Below are positions 1 through 13,185 of a stretch of DNA of 64,000 nucleotides, in pieces. The DNA is taken from the NCBI GenBank assembly GCA_013239625.1, contig MU056960.1, positions 13,898,311 through 13,962,310 of the forward strand, written 5' to 3'. A model generated the notes under the pieces. The model saw only the letters and a list, made by a program, of their open reading frames with translations. It had not been told where the DNA came from and ran no database searches. The translations under genes were made by a program, and so were the position numbers. Numbering within the stretch: position 1 is the stretch's first letter; every line of letters begins with the position of its first letter. This DNA comes from Lama guanicoe (lineage: Eukaryota).

Positions 1-1044
1 TACAGGCAACCTACCCTTAATGGAGTGAGTTTGCCCAAAGGGGATCTGCCCATATAGGCAATTAGAGACATGAGAATTGGGGGAGGGTGGGAAGAAGCAG
101 GGACCCTTGCCCCTGGGCAGCCACAGTTCTCTGGGAACTTGCTCACAAATTCCCCAAATTCCCCCATATTAATTTTAGAACAGTCTTCAAAATCCGAGGA
201 GGACGGGGGACGGCCCGGCGCCAGTGTGGGCAGCTTTCAGAAAAGGGACAGCGTGAGGGAGCGGCTGTCTGGCCTTGCCTTCTCTCCCAGCCAGGCCTCA
301 TCCATGGGAAGGTCACGAGAGGCACTAGCCGGGGGCCAAGCCCCGTGCAGGGCGCGGGCTCGGGCAACGAGCCAGAAGGTCCTGGGGCTTGAGGCCTCAG
401 TTCCCACTGACATCAGTGCAAGGTGTCAGGGGGCCTGAATCATCGGGGCCGGGGCCAGTCCCCTCCCCCAGGGGGGGAGAGCATAGCAGAGGTATGAGGC
501 AGCCCCAGCTAGGCAGGCGGCCCCCGCTGGGCTGGACACAGTGACTGTTTCATAGAATAAGTGAGTGGGACCCGCCGCAGGAGGAGGTGGAGATGTCATC
601 GTCCTGGATTCCAACAGGCTGCCCCCCCAACCCCCGCCCCTTCTAATTCACAAAATTAATTCCAACGGCTAAGAGAGAAGAGCCTGTCGGCAGGGCCAGA
701 GGGGTCATAAACACGGGAAATATTAATAGCTTCAGCCAGGCTGCCTGGGGGACTGGGGGGCCTGCCAGAGGGACTGACTTATTTAGTCTCCTCATTAATG
801 ATGTGGAAAAAAAGAGCATTTACCCAAGCCTAGGGCGGGGGCTGACCTACATCAGGGCAGGGATTGCCCAAGCTGAGGACAAAGCTCAGGGGTCCGCACG
901 GGCCTCGGTTTCCCCCAGAGAGGACTCCTCTTTGTACTACCAGGATACCCCTGGCCCTACAACCCAGCCAGGTGTGAACTAGGTACACCAGGAGTGGCCC
1001 CCGGCTAAGCGAGGATGAATCTCCTTCCTAACCTGGGAACACGA

Positions 1045-1072
<28 letters not shown>
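1045..1072. repeat. (AC)14 microsatellite
   Basis: Direct reading of the sequence. Confidence 0.95.
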
Positions 1073-1077
<5 letters not shown>

Positions 1078-4000
1078 TTTGTCTGACAACAGGATCAGCG
1101 GTACCATGCCTCTCTCCAGCCAGGTGGGTCTAACCTGGGCATATTGGACTTGTCAGGGTATAGAGATGTGTTCTGATCCAGGTTAGGATGGGCTCCTTCC
1201 TGAACGAGCCCTTTTCCTCAACCTCTTCCTGCAATTAATCAAGTCTAGTGATGCTTAAAACTAGGAACTCAAGAAGACTCCATGCATATGTGCACACACG
1301 CACACATCCACACACATATCTCTGTCACCCACACCCCCAAACACATAGCAGGGCCCACTCTGTGCATGGCCTGTCCTCCCAAGGGGACCAGAAATCAGGG
1401 CAGTTGGCCCCTCTGCCCCCTCCCAAGTTCTTTAGATCCTGAGAACATCACTCCAAACAGACCTCAGGGTCTTGGTATCAGGGGTCACGGGCAAAGGAGT
1501 TTGTGAAAAAAAGCAGCTGGAAAGGGTTTGCCAAGAGCCGATTTGAGGCATGCCCAGGGCCCATGGCAGACAGGCTGGGAGAACTTCCCCCTCTACTCCG
1601 GGAAGCCCCCCAGCTCCCAGCTGCATGGCTCTGGCTGCCAGCACTGGGACAGACACAGACAGAGTGGTACTGGCAGCAGCTAGGGCTGGGAGCCTGCCGA
1701 GTCCCAAGCTGGAATGAGGGAGAAACCTGTCCAGCGATGAGATCAAGGAGATGGCACCAATGTCTCCCCAGGGAACCGGGCTCCACGTCCCAGGACATTC
1801 CAAACTCTGCGAACAAAACATGGGGTGGGAGGTCGGCCAGACTGGGCCAGTGCCAGGTGGCCCCCCACCCCTCCCATCAGTGGGGAAGGGGGAGCCCTAC
1901 CCTGACAGGGGGACCAGCTGGGAACATAGCAAGAGCTGCCGGGAATGCTGCCTGCACAAGTCGCCTGGGGACGCAGCATCCAGACACCTGCCACGTTCCC
2001 TAGGCAGGGTGCCACGCGGTATCATCTGCCCGGTCTCCCTGAGCTGGGCCCTGGGAGGAGCACTATGGGCCGCCAAGCCCACACATCCACCTGCATGGAG
2101 CAGTTCAATGCAGCAAACACCTTCAAAGCCACGATTACACTTAATAACCCCTGAAGGAAGCCAAGCCTGGCACGTTTCCCCCTTTCTTCGGAAATGAGGG
2201 CCCAGAGTGGAATTTGCTGGCGGCCACACAGTTATTCAGAGGCTGATGCAGATTCTCACCCAGGATTGCTGCCTCCCACTCTGAGTTCTTTCCACTATAC
2301 TTTGTCCTGACAGCAGGAGGCCACCAAGACCCTGGGCTCAGCCTGCCTGACCAAACCCCAATTCCACAAAAGAGCCTGAAAAATCAGCAAGTTCAATGTC
2401 TTCATTCTATAAAAAGATTAACTGGGATTAAAAAAAAATAAAAAGACAAAGGCTTGCTCATGGTCAGAGGGCACCAGAGGTGAAGGTGAGATTCTAACGA
2501 GGATGCTCATGGGTACCAAGCCTGGCAACTGATGCCAAGACAGCTGGTCAGCACTCAGTTTCCTTGGCCAAGAGGTGGGGGAGTAGTAGGAAGGCCTCCT
2601 GGAAGAGGTGTTTTTCCCAACAGTCCAGTCCTCTGTGATGCCCATTCAGGTGACCCTAGGTAGAGACAGCAATAGATCAATAAAAGGAAAATTGCAAAGA
2701 AGAATCAGAGGGTAAGCTATATTGCCCATGTGACCTCGGGATAGTCCCTCCCCCTCTCCAGGCCTCAGTGGTCTCATGAATACAATGGGGGCAAAGGATG
2801 CTGGCCCCAGGCAGGTCACACAGTGACTCACTAGCTCAAACACTCATGGCTCAGCGCTCGGACTAGCCCAGGGTTCCCAGATACTGACCAGATTTAGGAG
2901 CCCTCAAGTTCTAGTGGGGCACCTTGGGAGGGCAGGGATGCAGGTTGCCCCTGGCTTAGCTGGGACATAAGTCCAGAGAAGGGGACAGGTAAAGTCTTGG
3001 AGATAGGAATAGTCCTGGCAGGAGCTGGACAAGCAATAAATGGACAGAGGATAGAAAGTATGGGCGTGGGTGGTAGTGTCAGCAGCTTGGACCATATTCC
3101 ATACATGATAGGAAACCAAAGAGATTAAGTAAGGCAGGGTTGTGGTCAGACTGACCATGGCTTGGGGAACACTGGCTCACGGAAGAAGTCATGGTCGAAC
3201 AGCTCAGCAGTGGCTGTGGAGGCGGCAGCACAAGTCAAGAAGTCTTGGAGCAAGATCAGAGATTGAGGCTTTTTCTCTCCACATGAATCCCGGACTACGG
3301 AACCCTCGAAGACAAAAGAGGGACTTTGGTCCACAGCGTGGGCATCGGGAGGCAGGACTGGACTGATGACCAGGTGCTGACGCAGAGGGAGCTTGGCCAT
3401 CACAGCCCTCTGCACAGAGGGGCCACCCCTGGGGCTGGAGCAGGTTACGCTGACCGAGGGCACAACGACCATCTGGCTCCCTGGGCTCCACCCAGCAGCC
3501 CTTGCTTGTGGCGCAGAATGGTTCCCAGAAATCAGCGATTCAAATATCCACATCGAAGCGAGGCAAAGCATGAGCGAAGATAGATTCAAGGAGGAATTCA
3601 GCCATTCTGAGCCAGTGAAGGCTCGCTGAGCAACTACTATGTCCAGGCTTGGGGCAGGTGTAGAGCGAGGTGGAAGGCAGGGAGGGGGTGGTGTAGCACC
3701 CAGAGATGCATGAGCCAGGTAGCTCCCAGGGGGACTGGGCAGTGGGCATCAGCAAGGACCCGGAAGATCAGGGCCTTGGCCGTAGAGAGGAGCTGGGAAG
3801 GAGAAGAGGCAGGAGGGCCCAGGGCGGTGGAAGGTAGGGGGATGCAGCAGGAGAGTGTGGGATGCCGGAGTCTGCAAGTGAGTGGGAAGCAGGGGAGAGG
3901 GAGGCGGCTGGGTGAGGGGACCTCACAGAGGGAAAGGGGCTCATTAGTCCAGCCTAACTCTGGTCTAGGAAGACCAGGACCCCGGAGCCCACCTTTCCCC

Positions 4001-6489
4001 AAACCGGCTGTCTTGCCAGGTTTTGGTGGAGACACAGAAGCAGGGCTACGGGCCATTTTCACCTTTTAAAAACCACAGACATCCACGCTGGGCACCGGAG
4101 CCAAATTTCTGGGAGAGACAGAGGCCCTGTGGGCGCTTCGCCTGACGTCAATCAGGGCTTCTCTTTTTGTGTCTGCGGCTTTGACAGGAGGAGGCCAGAT
4201 TAGGGGGCCGAGCTGAGAGAGCAAGAGGACGACCAGAGGCCAAGTGCGGCCCCGCTCTTCTGACCTGTCCTCTTGTGTGCAAAGCGCTTGTTGGGGTGGC
4301 TTGGGGCCCTGCTGATGGGCAAGGCAGGTGTCACTTACCGGGCAGGTGCCAGGGGCTGGAGCATCTGGAGTCCAGTGCCAGGATGGGACCCCTCACCAGC
4401 CCCAGTCCTGAGCCCTAACATTTAAGCCAAACTTGTAGTCTGGGAGACTCTGAAGGAGGCCCTTTGACTACAGAGTCAGCACCATCCACTAAGGGATGGT
4501 AGATGCCTCCTGGGCTACAGACCCTCCCCCAGTGGGCTCCCAGGGGGGGTCTGTCCTGCTGCCCCTCCCTCCTCAGAGCAGTCCCTCCCTCCAGGCCAGA
4601 GCTCTCACAGTGGCCCCCCACCCACCCTTCCTGCTCCAGCCCTCTTGACATAGCTGCCCAAGCTGTCAGCTCCATGTTTCTGCGGCTCAGTCCAACTCCC
4701 CAGCAGTGAGCTTCTGAGACGGGGAAACTGAGGCCCAGAGAGGGCTGAGGGGTCCAGCCCAGGCATCAGGGCACATTTTGCTAAAGAAAGAACTAGACTG
4801 CAGTGCCCTTTCCACCCACCAAGCTTGGCCTCAGCCTTCATTCTGCCTCTGGTCCCCTTTATGAGGTTTCAGGAATCAGGGAGCAGCTGGTGACAGAGGC
4901 TGGACAGGGGGACAAGGGGAGGGGACAGAGATCGATTTTAACACATAACCTGCCCCAGTCAGCTCCACACAAGGGTCCGGTGCACACACTGAGGGCCTGG
5001 TATGATGCCAATTCAAGCCTTGACCCCAAGCCCAGAGTGACCCCAACAACCACCCTAGGCTAAACCCAACCATGACTGCAGACTGAACCTGACACCAAAC
5101 TGAACCCCAATTCCACTCCCAGACTGAACTCCAACTTGAAACACAGGCTGATCCCTGAGCTCAGCCCAGACTGAGCTCTAACCCTAATCCTAATCCCAAA
5201 TTAAATCTTGATCCTGACCCTGACCCCAAATCGAACCTTGAACCTAACCCCCAAGGCAGAGGCCTGGCCCAACATAAATAATCCAGGAAAACGCCAGGGA
5301 GACCAGGCTGTGAGCCACCCCCCTTCTCTGCTGCCAGGCCAGGCAGCAGGCCCCCCTGAATGTTGGGGCCACCCAGGTAAGGGGAAGAGAGAGGCAGCAC
5401 AGGCCAGTGACACTTGTGTTACACTGGCCAGCACCAGCCTCACTGCCTGGTTTTAGTTTTATCAAATTGAGGGGTGTGGGATTGGGAGGGGGGTTCACAG
5501 CCTGCCTGCCTCTGTGCGAGGTGACCATGTGGGAAGAAAGGAAGGCTAAGCAGGGGCATCCAGGAGGAGACACTGGATGCATACGTCCCCCTGCATAGAG
5601 GATTTTCAGGAATGGTGGCCTGACCCAGAGGGAGGCCTGTTCCAGAAGGCGCCATGCCTCTATGGCATGGCGCCTTCCTCCAGGAGGAAAAGACCATTCC
5701 CTGGGCCAGCTGGACCAGGGCCACACTCTACAGAGGGTGGCTGTGCATGGGACCCCCTGCGTCTGGGCCTCATTTAACAGTAGGAGATACAGTGTTGGGG
5801 AGAAAGTGGTCCAAGTTCTCAGGGCTGGCTGGGTACTGGGGAACCCCTTCCCCCTCCCAGGTGCCCTGTGGTCTCTGAATGCAGGGCCAGGGCCCCAGGG
5901 AGGCCCGCTTGAGCCACTTTCCACATCGCCCCATTCCCTGGCCTCCATTCCCGCCTCACTGTGAGAACGTGCGCTTGCAGCACCGGGAAAAGATCAGCAC
6001 GAAGGAATGTGCTGTCCAGGGTCCAGCGGACAGGATGGGCCCAACAGAGAAAGAGTGAGCAAGGAGAGCTCGGGGAGCTGGGAACGGGGAAGGGAAACAG
6101 AGATGTGCCAGGCAGCAGGCCAGGCAACGCCAGCCCAGCCATTGTTCCCAGACCCACAGGTCAGGTGCACTGGGACCATAGTCGAATCCCAGCCTCTGCT
6201 CAGCATGGCCCCAGACTTCCTAGACTTGCCTGCCTACCTTCTGTCCCAGACCCTGACCTCTGGGGCTGGCCCAGCCAAGGAAAGAGACAGACTCATCCTT
6301 TGCTCCCCCAGCTAGCTTGATGGGCCTCTGTCTGTCTTTCTGTATGTCTCCCCTCTCCTTCCTCATGTCCAGGTCCTTTCACAGTCTTACTCTGTCCAGA
6401 CCTCCCTTGTGGGAGGGAGCTTCTGCTTTCAATGGCCTGATAAGCTAGCCCACCTGTGGGCTTTGATAACTGCTAATGGCTTAGACCTG

Positions 6490-6649
6490 CATCTTTAAAT
6501 TGTGGTCCCCAGACTCATAACATCAAAGTCACCTGGAAACTTGTTAAATGCAAATTATCAGTCCCAACCAAGGCCTTCTCAACCAGCAATCTGTGTTTTA
6601 ATAAGCCCTGCGGTGTCCTGTGCTGCACACTCAAGTTTGAGAACCGCTG
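6490..6649 (-). mobile_element. MER5A-like DNA transposon relic
   Basis: TGTGGTCCCC...CACCTGGAAACTTGTTAAATGCAAATT...AATCTGTGTTTTAATAAGCCC...AAGTTTGAGAACCGCTG. Confidence 0.75.
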
Positions 6650-7809
6650 ACTTAGAATGTAACCTTGCTTAAGCCCACAAACATTGATAGAATTAATGAG
6701 TAATTGACTGAACGACAAAGTGGGTGAATGTTTCAAGAGGCCTGGTCTTATCCCCAGGCTTGAGTAGAACAGTTCTTTCATGCCCATCTGGTGTCCAAGA
6801 GAGTTGCAGACCAGAACAGGAAAGGGCTGACCAGCTGGGCTCCTTCTGAGATGGAGCAGGCTTTCAGACAACATCACTTGCAAAAAGCCCATCCAGTGGG
6901 CCTAGGGCCCAGGCAAACACAAAGAGGACAAGCCAGAGTTGATGGGAGGAAGGGGACCAGCGGGTCAATGGGATGTAGCATCCGGAATCTGGGACCTGGG
7001 AACCAGGCATGAAGGCAGAGGTGGGGACATCCAGTGGCAGGTAAGAATGTCTCTGGTACATGGCTGGAATTCAGGACTCTTATGCTGGGGAAGAATTGAC
7101 AAGAAGGGCCCTGGGAGCAAACTGAGCCTCCATTACTAGAACTGGACACAAGATTGGACACTGATGACTTGGACATTAAACTTGGCTCCTTCAGAAATGC
7201 CCTAAACTGAGGTCAGGCCTGGCCGCTGAGTTTGGGGCTGAGCTGAGCCTGCCAGTGGAGTCCAGGGACCCCAGCTGAGGAGGAGACAGGGAGCTGCATG
7301 GTGAGAACCAGGCATGTTCTAAGTCTTGGTAGCTCATCCCAAAGTCTAGTCTTGGAGTCAGATCGCTCCTGAAGCTAGGATTGCCCTTCCCAGAACTTCA
7401 CACCAACTTGATGAGTGAAATCTTCCCAGCTTCCCAACTGCCTGGGTCTTGCCCAGTCTCGGTCACAGTTGACTGAATCATGACTCATATTTTCAGAATA
7501 AGTTAGAGAGATGAGCAAGGTCTGTCCTTACCTCCTTGTTCTGTCCACCTGCCAGCTCTTCTCCATTCAGTGTCAAGCAAGAGAGGACAAATCACGTGGT
7601 CAGAGCTCCACACTTTCTTGACACCAGGCAACCTCCACGGCCAACTTCCTCCAACACTGAAAGGGTAATTTCCCACTTGACGTGAAAAAAGATGCATCTT
7701 TACCCACAGCCACCATCTCTGCTGGATAACTTGATGTTTCAAGTCCAAGAATCCCTGAGGTGTCCTCGAAACCTGCATGGCTGAGTATGTCCCACTTGTC
7801 CTAGAAAAG

Positions 7810-8045
7810 ATGTCATGAGGAAAAATGGCACCTGTATCAAAGAAGTGTTGGAAACAATGCATACCAGGCCCCCTCCTTGGTAAATCAATGTCCTTATTAA
7901 CAATTAAAAGTTCTGAGAAGTCCTGCAAGAGAGAAGCCTGTCTGACTGTCAAATGCAGTGTTTCCCAGCTCATTAGATCCAGAACTTTTTTTTTTTTTTT
8001 GCCTCCCAAAACTACATTCTGTGGAACGTCACTTGGGAGACACAC
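7810..8045. mobile_element. MER103-like hAT-Charlie relic
   Basis: TTAAAAGTTCTGAGAAGTCCTGCA...CAGTGTTTCCCA...TTCTGTGGAAC...TTGGGA resembles the recalled MER103C consensus. Confidence 0.55.
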
Positions 8046-11000
8046 CCAAAATGCAAAGTGGCATTGCTCACTGCCATCTTGACACAGAGGAACTTCTTTC
8101 CAGAACTTCAGGGAGGAAAAGCAGAAGTCAGGGGAGAGTTTTATTAAAAGGCCCTGACGCCAAGAGAGCAGGGGCCCTGGAGACCCACATGGCCAGGTGG
8201 TCTGGGCAATGTGGCCTTGAGGCAAAAGGGAGCGCTGGGCTCTCCCTCTCCCAGGTACCAGTTGATCTACAGCTTTCCCATCTGTAACTCAGGCACTTTT
8301 CGAGACCTAAGTAACAGTGCATGAACATCCCTCTTTCAACCTCCAGGAGACCCCATCTTCAGAGCCACTGACCCCAGAAACGGTGTCATCAAGCAGGAGC
8401 CTCAGAGAAGAGGCAAGCTTAACCAAGAGGGGAGGTCAGCTCTCTGCTGCATTATAGAAGAGAAAACCAAGAGCAGTCTGGAACAGCCAGGCTGCAAAGG
8501 AATGACAGCATCTCCCCGCAGCCCTGGGGGCAGGTACAGCCTCATCCTTTGGCTGGACTTGAACCAAAGACCAATCCACCTGATTCCCTAGCCCTACCCA
8601 GCTGGGCTCCCATTCTGTCTCCTTCTAGTTCCTCTGCATCCCCCAGGGCCTGGGGCGACCCCTCCAACCCTCCACCTGTGTGCTTTGAGGCCTCTGTCTT
8701 CTTAGGGGTGGAAGGAAGAAAAATCCTGTTACCACTCCCTCCCTCCCGCCTGGACTCTTGGCTGCCTTCTGAAGCCGGACAATACAGGGAAGTGTTTGCA
8801 CCCAAACAACTCCACTGCTTCAGGAACTGCCTGACCCTGCCCAGGAAAGCAAAATTCTTCAGCTCCACCCTGCTGCCCTCTCAGTCTGGGGACCAGAAAC
8901 CGAAGCTAACAGGGTGGCCCAGCAGAGAGGTCACCAGAGCAAAAGGGGTCATAGGCATCCCCAGTGAGGCGAGAGGGGAGTTCAGGGGTCACCACTCTCA
9001 AAGGACTGGGGCTTTCCCTCCTCCCCAAATCAGAAAGGGAGCTCTGCCCTGACTGCAGAATAGACAAAAGCCAGATTATCAACATTTATCTGGAGAGCCG
9101 TGGCTCTGGATTAATCTGGCCTGAAGATAATGTAAATAGCACTTTGATGTGATTTGAGAAATGTATTAATTCATTCAACAAGCATTTGCTGCACTTGGAT
9201 TCTGGGCCAGGCCCCAAGCCGGGCACTGGGGATCTGGGGTGGATCAGCCCCCACCCTGCCCTGGAGAGGCCCACAGTCTAGGGGGAGAGAGAGACACCCA
9301 AAATGAAATAAGGGGGCAGATGGGGGCCTACTCTGCCCCAGCTGAAGTTCCTCCTGAGAAATGCCATTCTGGGGTTGGCTAAAATAAGAGCTCGAGGGAT
9401 CAGGGCACGTGCGGGTAGGATGGGTTGGGGGGCCCCATCACCAAACGCACCCACGGCCATGGCCACCCAGCTCGGGAAGCCACAGGGTTAGCACAATTTG
9501 TAAAAGCAGACGTCCGTCCCCACGTTTGATAGACTGAAATGCCCTCCCAGAAAAAGCCCTTCGTTCCCATCGGGTCCGCTTCCCCCTGGCCAATCCCCAC
9601 AGCCCTGAGGTGCAGGACACCAGGTACGAGCCAAGGCTGTAAAAAGCCACAAGAAGATGAAGCAGACTGAATTCTCCTGAGTGGCTGGCACAGAACCGCC
9701 CATGTGACACGGCCACAGGGTGACCTCCGGGCATTCCTGCGTACGGACCTTCTGTGCTCATCAGCTCCCTGTTTCCAGAGTGGAGTGGAGAGTGTGGGAG
9801 GGATGTCAGTGACCCCAGGCTCCCAGATTGACCCCAGTGGGGCGCGGACAGCAGCCTGCCTTTGATTAAACGGAGGCTGAGATGGAAGGAGGCGGGAAGA
9901 CCGAGGCACGGGCTGCCGGGGGCAGCTCAGGTCAAGACAGCCAGCCTGCCTGTCACAGCCCCTCACGCCCACCTCACCGCCCCGCGTGCCAGAGTCTGTG
10001 TTTTTGTCTTTCTCGGGAGGGGGGAGGGGTGCGGCTCGGAGCCTTGAGTGATGAGTTAAGTGACAATGAATTTGCACCACATGGAGCCGGGGCTTAAGGG
10101 GAAAGTGTTTTGGTGAAATGCAGCTGGGATTTCATTAGCCCCCCCACCCCACAGACAGTACAAAAATAGTCCGGGCCAGGCAGGCTCTGACCCACAGGCC
10201 TGGCCCAATTTCCCGCCCCCTGTCCTGGAGAGAGGCTTGGAGTGGCCTCTTTCCCTGAATCTGAGTTTCGTAATCTTTCCTTGTTGTTTTGGTCGCTTGT
10301 TTGTTGACTAGCCTGGTTTGTCTGGGAGGGTTTGCTCCCTGACAAGCTCCCTGCTGCTTGGCCCAGAAGAGAGAGTGAGGCAGGAAGACCCTCTCTCAGT
10401 GGGTCAGTGACAAGGCCCACTGGAAAGACTGTCACAATGATAGCTGGGGGGCTGGTTGGGGCACCCTGTGGCCTTTGGAGTGTGGGTGGGTGAGGGACAC
10501 TGGACACTAGGGTGGGAGGTGGGCTTCATCCAAGCAAGAGCTAGAAGGCCCCGTCAACATCACAAGTCCATCCCCATTCCTTGGAGGGGGAAACTGAGGC
10601 CAGAGGCAGGAAGTGAATGCTCCAAGGCACGGGAAACTGTTACCAGCACAACCAGGATTCATTCCAAGTACCAGGCCCCAAGAGCCTCGCACCAAGGAGG
10701 CATCCACCATGTTGATGGATTGGGAGTGTGGTCAAAGCCTTCCATACCAATCCTTGGCTCAGAGGAAGGAAACAGAGGGAAAGCTGGGCCCCCCAGGCGG
10801 ACATAGAAGGCAGGCAGGCCTCCACCACCCTGAGCATCTGTGATCAATAATCTCCTTCCTCCAGGTGCAATGGTGAAAGCCACTTCCAAGGGCCCTTCCC
10901 AGGGTTGGGAAGGAACAGGGCCCACAGGACAGCAGTTCCCAGAGGGAGAGAGATGCACCTGCAGTGAGGCCAGGGGCTGTTGGGATGGGGAGCAGGGCAG

Positions 11001-12964
11001 GGACACCCCCAGGTGAGGGGCTAGAGACAAAGGCCCCGGCCACAGTGTCCCTCAGACCAGCTGACGGGGGCTGCAGACCTGATAGTCCAGAGTCACAGGT
11101 GGAAATCTTAGCTCAGCCCAGACCCCTAGACCAGGGCTGGACCCTGCCATCCTGGGGGTTGGAGTGATGGCCCTGAGTGAGCAAGGCTGCAAGGTCACAG
11201 GTGTTCAAAGTCCACTTTGAGAACCAGTCTCCTATCCTGAGCACTCGGATTACTGACCAGAGCAGTGAGGCTAAGAGAGACCAGGTCCTGGGGACCAGAA
11301 TGGACAGAGTAGCTGATCTGAGCACTGGGACCTTGGCAAGTGGTAGCAGAAGGGGCCTGGATTCAGACTGACCTGGGCTCTCCCTCAAGTTAATAACATA
11401 ATGGATATCAAAGGACTGTACCCTGGGATGAGGGGCCAGGAGGGGCTACCGGAAGTGCACCTGGGGAGCCTGTGGAGGTCAAGCCAGGGCCCGTGTGCAG
11501 CCCACGGCGGTTCCTGAGCCTGCCTCCCCTTCTCCCGACGTCCTCAGCCTGCCCGGGGGCTGGAGGAGCAGCTGTGAGGGCTGAACCAGTAGAGTTCTCC
11601 TCTTACCAACCTCAAGAGTATAGAGTCAAGATCATCTGGGTCTTCCCAGAGCCTCTCCCACTTTCTCCTCCAGCTGGGACCCCCAGAGAGAGCCAAGACC
11701 CCCAGGACCACAGGGCAGGACCTATGTGGGTCCTTCCTGCCTTGGTCTCCCCATGCAGGGTCAGGCCAGAGCACCTCAAACGCACACAGGAAGAGTGGTT
11801 GGGGCACCGGGATCCCCACTGCTGCCCCCTGCTCCGCTGACTCAGAGACCCAGCCTGCCCAGAACCCCCTGCTGGCCTGGCTCCCCACCTCACTTCCAGA
11901 GGGTTTCCGCTCCCTTTCTCTCCCATTGTTTTCCTCCTTGGTCCCTGGCCAGCCCCCAAAGGCCAGGCTGAGCCCTGTTGAAGCCAGTGCAGCTAAGGAA
12001 TGGAGGCATCCAGCTGGGGCTCTGGGAGGCCTGGCCCAACCCCAGGAGTTTGGGGAGTGGGGGGGAGGTTTCTTCCCAATCTTCCTGGCATGGGTGGGAA
12101 TTAGGGGCTCAGTGAGTTGGGGAGTGGTGGTTAGACAGGCCTGCTTTTGAATCATTTGTCAGCCATGTGGAGAAGTGACTGACCTTCTCTGAGCCTCAGT
12201 TTCTTCCTCTGTCAAGTGGAGATGATGATAACACCTCCCTGCCATGGTTGCGGGGATTGAGTGAGATACGACACCATGGGCAGGTCCTAATGGTGGTACC
12301 TAGAACAAAGGAAGTACCCAGTAAGGGTGGCTGCCATGTCTGTGCCAAAGACGGGCAGGGACTCAGGGTAGAAGATGTTGGCAGAAGGTACCAGTGGAAT
12401 AAGGAAGGTTAGTCTGAGCTGTCCAAAGATGATGCCCATGGCCCCAGAATGCCCTCTCCTCCTTCCGTCTGCTTAGTTCCTCTGGTAGCTCCGATGGCGA
12501 CAGGCAGACAGACAGAGCAAAGCCCCCCAACCACATTCATATCCATGGAGACCCCCAGCCCCAGCCCTGGAAGTTCTGAGGGACCCTCAGACAGTGTCCC
12601 CACTTCAGAAGCAGATGTTCCCCCACGACACTGGGCACAGGGCAGGTAGGCTCCATGCTGACCCTCACGAGCCCAGCAGCCCCAGTTTCCTACCTTCCAG
12701 AAGAACCAGTGGAACCAGCCTTGGCAAAGCCTGTTCTGATTGACTTGGCAAGGCATGGAACTGCCCTTGGCTACCCAACACCTCACCCGGAGGCCTGGGG
12801 GACTGGACAGGATGGCTCCTGTACCTCAGCTGGTCTGCTTCTCCTCCTGGGCCAGGGACGACAGCGTCACTCCTCAGGGCCTAAGAGCCACCTCTCTCTC
12901 CTCTCTCTCTGTCCCTCTCTATGTCTACTCTCTGTCCCCCCACCCACCCCACTTGCAGAGCAGC

Positions 12965-13185
12965 AGTGAGGAGCAGTGGTTAAGGACACAGACATTGGAA
13001 GCAGACTACGTGGTTTAAATCCCAGCTTTACCATCCAATGGCTGAGCGGACCTTCTGTGTCAGGCTCCCTGTCTGTAAAATGGGTTAGTAATAGCAACAG
13101 TACCTCATTCCAGGGAGGCTGGAATGAGTTAATACAAGTCCTCTGAATGGTATCCAGCTCAGGGTGAAGACTCAATAAATGCTCG
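12965..13185 (+). mobile_element. MIR SINE
   Basis: AGTGGTTAAG...GGTTTAAATCCCAGCT...TCTGTAAAATGGG...GTACCTCAT...CTCAATAAATG. Confidence 0.65.

Noticed and set aside
3140-3640. CpG-retaining, protein-like stretch (e.g. WFPEISDSNIHIEARQ...)
   Set aside because: I could not assign it to any protein or repeat. Frames are interrupted and there is no TSD or poly(A); a BLASTX/Dfam search would be needed.
4143-4150. Perfect CRE TGACGTCA
   Set aside because: It is a single 8-mer with no nearby TSS evidence, and about one chance occurrence is plausible in 64 kb.
5244-8225. 234-aa and 240-aa minus-strand ORFs (5244-5948 and 7503-8225), and similar ORFs at 55502-56236 and 61405-62166
   Set aside because: They show no domain similarity or supporting splice structure, one crosses a DNA-transposon relic and a poly-T run, and such lengths are expected by chance in GC-rich DNA.
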